This document shows, one piece after another, positions 9,906-20,300 of a stretch of DNA of 22,850 nt. The stretch comes from Paramecium tetraurelia. Taxonomy: Eukaryota. The position numbers were made by a program, and so were the translations under genes. Positions within the stretch are counted from its first letter, which is position 1. Each line of letters opens with the position of its first letter. Below the pieces are notes generated by a model, which was not told where the DNA came from, ran no database searches, and saw only the letters and a list, made by a program, of their open reading frames with translations. Location: NCBI GenBank assembly GCA_000165425.1, contig CT868496.1, forward strand, positions 434,001 to 456,850. Direction: 5' to 3'.

Positions 9906-11732
9906 TCAGAGCGCATTCTCAAAATCAAAGTCAAATTCACTCGATTTTCTTTGTTCATATACTTCAAAACAAGTCTTGTGAAATGTAAATTCTGTCTCTT
10001 CTATTTTATGAAGAATCTAATTGTCAGCTTATATTAATTATATGCATGAATAACAGGAATCAGATACATGTATAGAACAATTATTATAAGCTAAATTTAA
10101 TAATTAGCTCTCTATCATTCTACTACAAGAACCACATTTTTTTTACTAAAAGTAAGGTATATCAATTTCTGTTAAATTATTGAATTTCAATTGATTGTTA
10201 ATAGCTTTTTATTCTATTTTATTCTAACAACTTGTATCTATCTCTTCTAATGTAAATCTGAACAGTGACTTTTCTTTGTTAGATTTATTTAATTTTGCAT
10301 CCTTCTGTTAATATTCACTTTTGAGAATTGAAATCGTCTTAGGCAAATTATAACTAATTAAAGAAGATGTTTTTAATAAATCTGAATCAATATGGACATT
10401 CTTTTCTATCATCTATGTAGCAAGAATAACAGCTTTGAATAATTATTCTAATCTCTTAAAAATTGGGTAGTATTTGGATATTTTCTCATAAATCTCACTA
10501 AATTTTTCTGCAAATAAAACACCTTAATCATTAGAGTCCTTAATATCTTTTTCAATTATCTATTATTTCATTATTTCTATTTGCTTAGCTTTACATTTAA
10601 TTTATATACTTTCTATTAAGAATTAGCCATCTTAATAACTATAAACACATTTTTAAGGATAAAGTATAAACTTGTAAATCTACTAAGATCCCATCATGCT
10701 CCCAAAATTCTGGTATGATTTCAATCCACATAATTCTAATTCTCTTGGGTACTTAAAAGGAGTTTTCCCATCTGCTGCAATACCCAAACTTATTTGTTAC
10801 AATTAATGACTACTTTCAAATAACACTTTTGCAAATTCAGTATCGTTGATTACATTTCTTTTTACAAATTCATCTGGCCAATTGAGTTTCTCCTATTATT
10901 ACACTTCTTCTTAGTTCAAAGAAAAAACAGGATTTAAATTAAATTTGATCATCTTTTCTTATTTTGATAGCTTTGGATCACTTAAGACCAATAATGCTGT
11001 TGCTAAATCAGTTAAGTGTATATCTTCTTAAACATCTATGAAAAATTTCATAGAATTAAAATTAATCCCTCTAATTTTCTTTTCTAATTCTATTTCATCT
11101 TTAAATTGACCTAACATGTTTTAAAATTATGGTTTGCTCTCATATTATTCTAATTTTTAATCCTCTAATCCAGGCATTATTCCTTTATCTATTTATTCCT
11201 ATAATTGATCCAAATTTGAAATCCAATTTTCGTAATTTCTTTTTTTCAAAGGATTTCGTTTAATTGCTTCTTCTAAAAAAAGAATTCTGGATTAAATTAG
11301 TTCATGTTATAGATCCTTTTAATTCATGTTATTCAGAGTTGATATAATTACCTTATTGAAAATGCCATCCTTCGTTGTTCTGCATATTTTCTAGATAAAA
11401 AGAGTGGCATTTCTAGTTCCTAAATTCACTAATGTATCAAAGAACAAATAAGCCGTATTTGGATCCACTATTTTTTCAACATGATTTTTGATGTACAATT
11501 AATAATAGAAATTAATGATTTCATCCATTGATAATTCTTCAACATCCTTAGCCATTGGTATATCGCCTTCTTTCACTCCTAATTTTAAATACTTTTCTTT
11601 ATGAAATTTGCCATAAATATTTTACGACACCCCATAATTTATTTTTTCTTATTGAATGTCGTAATGAACTTTCTCTCTTTAATTTTCAAGAATATGTTAA
11701 ACTATTATCTCAAATTTATTAATTTTCGACAT
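9906..11732 (-). CDS. 608-aa multidomain protein: degenerate GH108 (Glyco_hydro_108) lysozyme + PG_binding_3 domain, DUF1598-like domain, C-terminal LIM-like zinc fingers
   Basis: Intronless ORF under the ciliate code, ATG 11732 to TGA 9908-9906, fully translated by hand. N-terminus: MSKINKFEIIVQHILENQREKV...KINYGVSQ...KDVEELSMDEIINFYYQLY...TAYLFFDTLVNLGTRNATLFIQKIC...KDGIF...TLN...SRILFLEEAIKRNPLKKRNYENWISNL. Middle: DTEFAKVLFESSHQLQQISLG...PFKYP and FAEKFSEIYEKISKYYPIFKRLEQLFKAVILA. C-terminus: CGSC-x15-CSIH-x4-CYSC-x21-HKTC. Confidence 0.85.
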
Positions 11733-12765
11733 CAATTCCAATAGAATTAGAAAAATAATATAAATTCTGAATTAAATTACAAATCAACAGCTCTAATAAT
11801 ATTACATAATAGCATAAAAAAGATGAGTTACAAAGATTATTTTACATTCTGCTTTAAGAGTTAATAGAGTCTCAATTTAAAATTCAATTTTTTTGTGGGT
11901 TCCTAAAAAATAGATTTTAGCTTAAAGAGGAATTCTTTACAAACTATAGCAATTAGACTCTTATCTTTATAAGCTAATGGTTAATTCTAAAGGCTAAGGG
12001 AATTCGGAAACTTGAACATGGATTTTTGGAAACACTCCATTAAATATATTTTATATTATAAATTTTTAGCAATAAATATAATGTAATTTGATAATTATAT
12101 TAAATTGATTTCCAAGCAATGTCTAAATTTACTAAATCAAAAATGTTAAAATAAAATCATCATCAAATACTAATCAAACATAGTTGTTTTTGTGAGATTT
12201 ACTTCAAATTTAAGAAATGAATAACATAATATTAGATACTAAATAAGTATCATACTATTCTTAATAAACTCTAACAATTAATTAACAATAGAAAATATAT
12301 TCGAATAAATTTATTTAAGACATAGGCATCTATTTTCTTAAAATGTTCAGATAAGAAAATATCAAAAATTTATGTTAACCAAAGCTAGGGCACTTAGAAT
12401 AGCTATGATAGATTGATATTAATGACAAGGAATCTAATATAGAATTCCCTAGTCTTCATTTCCATATCAATCATTTTCTTAATATATTTATTATATTTAT
12501 TGAATTATACATAATTAAATCGAATTATCATAAAATAATAAATTCAAGACAGAGGCATCTGAACATTTAGTTGAATAATATTATTCAATTTATTTTAGCA
12601 GATTTGCTTTTCCAAACAATATGATCTATAGGAGAAATTAAATGAAAGAGCAAATATACTTTAATGTATCTTAAAAATGAACGGTTGACTAATATCATTT
12701 AATCTATTTCAATCATCATAAAAATCTGTAATTTATTTGTCGTCATTCAATATTTATTAATAATA

Positions 12766-14037
12766 ATGAGTTCTGCTATTCACCTTCATATTGGAGGAGC
12801 TGGAGTAATGATAGGAGATGCACTATGGAAACTTTATTAAAAGGAGCAAGAGGAGACAAATGTTAAGAGTTATATTTACAATGAAAACGATAATAATCAT
12901 CCATTATCTATGTTTATTGATTTAGATGATAGAATGGTAAACGAAATCAAAAAGGATAAATCTGTTAACTATAAATCTAACTCTTTTGTTACTGGCAAGG
13001 AGGACTCATCAAACAACTATTGTAGGGCACATTATTCAATTGGAAAGGAATTAGTTGAAAAATGTTTAGATAATATTAGAAAGTAAGTAGAAAGTGTGGG
13101 AAGAATAGATTCATTCATTATTACGTCTGCTCTAAGCGGTGGCACAGGATCAGGTTTTACTTCTTTGCTTTTACATAGATTATATGTTGAATACGGAGAG
13201 AAGGTCAATAGAAATGCATTCTTGATTTATCCATCTAAAGAAATATCGAACAATACAGTGGATATCTATAATGCTGTTCTAGCAACTCGTATGACTATAG
13301 AACATTGTAATTCGGTTGTTATGTTAGATAATCAATCTATGTATAATACCATTGATTCTCAGATTGGTTTAGATTATGTTGATTATTCTCACCTAAATAA
13401 TTTAGTATGCTAAATAATTAGTTCTTACACTGGTTTAAGAAGATACAGTAATATTGATAATGGCAAATTATTTACTGGGCTTTGTCCCTATCCATTAATT
13501 CATTATGTGATACCCTCATATGGACAATTGGCATCCATAAATGATTAGATTAATAAATAATTAAATGAAAAATAACTGATATAGTAAATAACAAAACCAG
13601 CTCAAAGATTATTTTATTCAGAAATGAAACCTGAACACATTTGTGCATCCTTTGTTCATCGTTCTCAACACTAAAATAAATTTTTTGGTTAATAGGATTT
13701 GACACTTTAAAGAATGAAAATTAAATATTAAGCAAATCCAAATGTGTTTTAATGTTAATCTAAAAATTATACAGTAATTCCAGAACTTGCATAATTAAAG
13801 TAAACTGCTATATTTCTGTCTAATGATGCTTCCTTGTTCAATTACTTTGAATTACTTGGTAAGAAGTATGATTTAGTATACGCTAAAAGAGCATTTGTTC
13901 ATTGGTTTGTTGGAGAAGGTTGTGAATCTGGGGAGATGTCAGAATGTAGAGAAAATGTGGCTTATCTGAGCAATAACTATGAAGAGCTGACAGATGGAGC
14001 GCTCAGAGTTTGCTAAACGTAAGTAGATGATGATTGA
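12766..14037 (+). CDS. Divergent alpha-tubulin-like protein (423 aa), candidate ciliate-specific iota/kappa-type tubulin
   Basis: Intronless ORF under the ciliate code joining track ORFs 13096-13413 and 13834-14016: MSSAIHLHIGGAGVMIGDALW...TGKEDSSNNYCRAHYSIGKE...SGGTGSGFTSLLLHRL...YNAVLAT...LDNQS...LCPYP...KYDLVYAKRAFVHWFVGEG...QTQVDDD-TGA. Confidence 0.93.
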
Positions 14038-14303
14038 GAATGAATTTGTTATCAATTTATTTATGCTTATCTCTGATTATTAATAATTACTTCTAAAATT
14101 CTACAATAAAGTTTAAGCGTTAATTTCATACTCATAAAAAGAATTATGGAATAATTTATTCATTTTAAATAAGAACTCATTTTTGTGATTGTACTCAAAT
14201 CTATTGACAATATCGTTTAATATTTCTAAATAATATATAAATTAATATTATCAAATTTATTTTTCTGATTTTGTTTAAAAACTATATTAAGATACATAAT
14301 TAG

Positions 14304-17300
14304 TCAATTTGATATTTAATCTAATATTAAAGGAATAATTTACTAATAATTTTCTTTGTATTTCTTTTTAAAAAAAGCCTATCTTAATTTGTAAAAATTG
14401 TTTTTAACTCTCTCTTCCTTCTATTTTAAATGTTCTAGGTTTTTTGATAAATATTTAGTATATTTAGAATTAGGTTAAGAGGCAAGGAATACTGAAAGCA
14501 AAGATGACAATATCTGAGGTTTTAACTTCTTGTAATAGACTTTTAGGATGTCTCTAACAAATGGGAAACTCAGTACTAAACTGATCAATATGATTATAGT
14601 TTAAATGACACCTGAAATTATTGAATTGTCTTATTAATCACATATATATTTCACGGCTGCTAGAAATATTGCACTGGAACAAAGCTAGCCAGCCTATATG
14701 TCCAATAGATTGAATCTTTGAAGGTGATATGGCTTGAATCGTTAAGATATGAATTAATAGATCAACAAGCACAACCCTAATAATGTAGCCTTCAGAAATA
14801 TATCAGTTTCAAAATAAATTAGAATAATTATAATAATTGTTTTCTTCCACAATTTAATCCACTCCCAAAAGTAGGTTTTTCCAGAATACTCATTAAATAG
14901 ATACCCAATGTGTCTTCTATATTTAATTTTATTAAGCTTATCCTTCTTGAAGAAAAGGTAAGTGTACATAGAAAATGGTAATATTATTACTAGCAACACA
15001 GACCCAGGCACTACAAATCCATATATCCATTTAATATGAGTATTAGTGCCATACAGTAAGGACACATCCCCTTAGATATAGTCGATTTAAGAAATCGTTC
15101 TAGCTGCCAATATCGAAAAGAATCTAATATTAGGAATATAAGTGTTACTAATTGATCACTGATGCATAATTTTAAATATACAGATAAAGAATAGTTATAG
15201 AGAGAATTCTGCTTTGATATTTATAATCTGTTAATAAAGAAAGTAGTTAGAATCCTAAATAGATTATTATAATTTAAGATATTATTAATACTATAGTAAG
15301 GATAATTCTGCTGTAAATCAATTCGGTACCATGTATTTCCGACAAAAAGCATTCAAAATAATTAGCCATAAAATAAGATGTATCACTTGATTATTTCAAA
15401 AAGCCTAAAGAGAATGAAAATCGAATGTTAAAAGTAAAAATAAGAGAAAATATCCAAATATAATTTAAAAATAACTTAAGTAAAATACTCTCATGATCTA
15501 AATATACACATTATTATTACCTTGATTCAAATTGAATAGAATATCTGCAAACTTTTATTTTAATTTAAGTGAAGTGAATAATTAGTTAGATTTTTCAATA
15601 CTTTTGATGGTTAAGAGAGTTGATAAGATAGCCCTAATAATATAATTGATTAATTTTACCAAAATGATATCAATAAGAAAGCTATTAATCTTTTTAAAAG
15701 CTCTTAGCATTATTAACATTCCAATTATTATTAGTTCTTGAAGAACTGGCCATCTCCTCTAAGATTAAATTTATCGCACTCTTCACATAAACCTCCAAGA
15801 TGTCCCTTATTGCAAGTTTTATCACCTATAGCCCAGCCTCCCAAACATTTACTTGTACTTTTATAGCAGAGTTCAATATAATCTGAGATATAATTAGGTC
15901 TCCAATAACCTGGTTTGAGTTAAATTTTATTTGAAGTAATCGCATCGACTTTAGTTTTATCAAAAATAGAGCATTTTGTAGTATTGTAAGTAACAGAGTA
16001 AAACCCTTATTCTGATTGGCATGTTTAACAACCACCAGAAACATAAAATTCACCTAATTGACAGAAAAAGCTTTTGACCCTCATTTTATAAGAAAATACA
16101 CTATCCTAATATTCAGTTTTGCATTGGATTAGTATTTCTTATATTTTATCATTCTAGGTATATGGGTCAAAATTGAACTTAGATAATCCAATGTTAAACT
16201 TATGAATAATTGAATCGTAAGCAATTTCTTATGTATGTGTGGTTTCTTAAAGTGAATAGGTGCTGACATCAAATGATTATTAAGTTAAATTACATGAGGA
16301 ATTGATAAGGTTTAGAGTCTACTACTCATTCATGCTATTTTTTAAAATGATAGAAATCTCATTAAAGTAAGCTATGTATTGCTGAATCTTAGGATTATAA
16401 AGTTGATAATTAATTAGAGTTTGGCCACTAGGTATAGTTAAATAATTGGTTCTTCTCATATGATCTTGGGATATGATTTTATAAGGATTTAGTTATAATA
16501 CATACACTGATTCATTGTTTAAGGATTGCCTCTAAGAATGCATTTCTTGATAATTAATCTACAAGGCTAAATGAGAGGGCAATTCGTTGATATTGCTGGA
16601 TGATACATCAGCAAAATTAAATAAAATGATTGATTATTTGAAATTTTCCACATTCAAACTGCTGTTCCCCTCTAGATAAACACCCCCTCCTTCTTATGCT
16701 TAATTCTAACAAATTAGAGTTTAATTTAATAAGAATCTTTATGAATTTTAATTAAAATAAATGCCTCCTCCTTTTTCATCGGCAATATTATTAATAATTC
16801 TTGTATTTTGCAAAGCAACTCTTAAGTTTTACACTTATACTCCTGTTCCTTTAGTTCCATGGTTTGACATAAAGATTGAATGATCAATATATATTTATTT
16901 ATCCAAGCTACTATCTGATATTGCTAAAATACACCCATATGATTTGATAAAATTCATAAGGCAATTGATTTCCTTAAGTTTAATTACTTTTATATCTGTC
17001 AATTCGAAATATATTAAACCATTCCAACAATGCTAACAGTCGTTATTTATAACTGAGATTTTTCTAAGCGAAAATTAGGTTTGATTTGTGATGCTTTTCA
17101 AATGGATCAAAGACCCTTTTTAATTAGAATTGGCCAAAATTTCTTCAAAAAATTGATTGATTGAAATTTACTCTGAATTAGATTACGTTACATCTTTACT
17201 TATGAAGGTATATTGATTAATATTTAATTGAACATTTGAATTTATGTAATTTAGTTAAGTTTTCTTGGTTGAAAATGAATTTACATTTAATATTGAAATT

Positions 17301-20300
17301 TTATTTAGAAGTAAATTTGCGCCTAAAAGATTGCTCTAAGAGAATTCTAGTATATTTAATGGATAAAATGTCGAAATATTATAGAAATTAGAATTAGCAA
17401 AGAAAATCTCATTATAATCCACAATTTTTATAATTCCTGATAATATAATACCTTCAATTTAAAATCCTTTCATCTCTAACTTGCATCCAATGATATTTAT
17501 AATAGCATTATCTGAGATTACTTTTTAGATTTCTATAGGATTAAGAGTTCCAATCGATTGTAAGTACAAAAAGAGTGCGGTATCAGTTTAACTAATATGT
17601 AAGTTCTAAATTGACACTTAATCCATAATCAGCATTTTCAAAATCGAACTCTAAATAAAGCAATTGATTCACAAGAGAAAAGCAATTCTGAGCATATATC
17701 TTGTTTAATAATATGTCATTCTTAGTAGGGGATGGATAAATTGAAAAAATCGCAGATGATAGTTTATCTTAGACATCCTTCAAAGTTAGATTTTCAATCT
17801 CCACAGCTAATAAGCTCCCCTTAGCATTGATAGTAATTGCTCCATCTACCTAAGATGATGAAATAGATTAAGTCTAAGCATTTGGGATATCACAATTTTT
17901 AATAATTACAATTCCATTACCTTATAAATTGATGTTAAAAATTAAGCTACTCGCTGCAATTATATTACTAAATAAACCATTAGCGAAATTCAATTATGTA
18001 GATGTAATCTATAGAGCTCCACCTATTGTTTCAATATTAAATGCATTCTTAATTATCTAAGTAATTTCGTTTTAGGTGTATTAATTTGAAATTTACACTT
18101 GATAATATTTGCTCCATATTTCAGCCTCAAGGTAGTTATGATTTAAAGTTTAGAAGGTTTCAAAAGTAATAGTATTTGAAAAGATGGAAATGAATGAACT
18201 GGATGAATTAGTCAGAGCATTGGAAGAGCATATTATATTTGTCATAATTATTTTTCCTTATACAGAATTGATAAGAATAAGGCTGGCATAATTATCAGAA
18301 GGATCAGTTAAGTATTAATGAAACATATTTTCTTTAAAATTTACATTGTTCATAGATAAGATTTGAGTTTTTTCAGAGTAAATTTAAATTAAGGAATAAT
18401 ATAAACCTAATTTTTATTTTATTAGAATATTTCCTAGAAAAGTGACATGACTAATCACTATAGATTCTATTGCATTAAAGTTAATCAAAGGATTAGATTG
18501 AATAGAGATAATAGATTAATCTATGCTAAATTAATTTATAATCTAAATTTATTAAAAAATTAAGTTAGAGAATCCTGATACTAATAGTAATTGTGAACTT
18601 ATTTAATTATTTTGCAAACAACCAAACTTGATTGCAACTTTTTCTTATTAATTCTAATTCTCATATAGCATGTTTTCTACTCTTATTATAGGAGTAGCAA
18701 ATATAGAAAAAAATCTCACATCATAGGTGTTTTTCAATTCGATATTATTGATTTATAAAGTATAACAAGTCAATTTAAGAAGAAACTAATAATGATCTTC
18801 AGGATCTTGAATATTGTTCTCAAAGAGAAAATCTTCTAACTTTATATTCACATTATTGTTTTCATACTTTACTTCTGTAATAAAAGCAGAGAAATTTGAA
18901 ACTTGATTTTCTAAAATGATAAAATTATTTATCCTAATTTCTGAATCCATAAATGTAGTTGCTAATGAAACCAAAAATTACGTATCTTTTAAAAGATTCT
19001 CCTTCAATATTATATCATGAAAATAGAAGCTTTTACTGAAAGAAATCATCCTACAACCATTAAGTGAACTTTTGGTAAGTGAAAATTTATTAACATTAAT
19101 AGTTGAATTACCATTGCTGTTAAGGAAATTTGAGTCTTAAAAGAAAGAATCCTTAATTTCTACATTATTTATAAATATATCTGCAAATTCATTGGAGTTT
19201 AAATTGATTGTTATGATTGATGAACTATAAAATTAGCATGTAGTAATTATAAGACTATCAATTCTGATTAATCTACGCATATTCGAGAAATATAGTAAAG
19301 TTGAATTGTTAAAGATGCAATTGGACAGCTGTAAATTCTTTAAAGTAATAAGTTCACCTTCATCGGAACTTATGATTGAAAAAATGAGAGAATTTTTAAT
19401 TATCAAGTCAAAAATATTAACATTGTTCAAATCAAATTTGAGGAAGTTATCACTTGACCATTATAACTTTATAGGATTGGTGCGATCAGAATAAAAGTTT
19501 GTATCAATAATATCAAAATCTATAGATTACCCTCTATTCTGAAATACGAATTCTAATCTATTTCTTATTAGAAAGAGTACTTAAGAGATTGTAACTTAAT
19601 CAAAATACAACACCTTTAATTACAGTACTAAGAGGAAGGGTTGTGTTAATTATCCCTCTATTCTCATCTTTGATCACTTAGATAGAGAATACTTTTTCTC
19701 TAAATTAATTTATAAAAATATAATCTGTAACCCTCCACGATCCACAAATTTCGTTGAATAGTAAGATTAATGTAATTTTTTTTAGTCCTATTTCATTAAA
19801 ATACTTGTAATTAAATCTATATTCCAAATAGTAATCAAGGGGCACAACGTTTAACATTCTAAAAGTCTCGCAAACAAATTCAACCTAAATTATAATCGCT
19901 CATTACTTGGTACTCAAAATTGTAATCACAATTATCATTAAGACAATACGATGCGATTTGGAAATTTGGATCAATTACAATTTATGCTAAGGGAACCTGT
20001 TTATAGGCATTTCATAAGTGTATATTTAATTATCTGTTGTTATTTTAAAAATTGGGTTTATTTTCTATTAGAATTAATAATATAATACTTCTATTTCTTC
20101 ACTTGATCTATATTCACATGTTTAACATAGTGAAGGACATTCCATACACTTACCCTCAATTTGTCCTCTTTACCGGTACTTGTAATAGTTCAAACCGCAT
20201 TTTTAACAAGCAAAAAAGAATTAAGGGGGTTTTACATTTTTCTAGCATATTTAACAATTCGAGTCACAATATTCGTGGCATTAATTTTAAATAATGTCGT

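Noticed and set aside
9564..9908. TGA readthrough (Trp or Sec) fusing the GH108-like gene and AAA gene in their shared frame
   Set aside because: Five TGAs in about 115 codons, Trp is encoded by TGG elsewhere, and the intervening translation is not protein-like.
12041..12765. IES, transposon or telomeric repeat in the divergent intergenic region
   Set aside because: No terminal inverted repeats, transposase remnants or C4A2/C3A3 repeats seen; TA-bounded IESs cannot be called without comparing germline and somatic sequence.
15826..16053. Minus-strand 75-aa track ORF
   Set aside because: Wrong frame; the Cys-rich coding frame (CQLGEFYVSGGCQTC...) is a different one.
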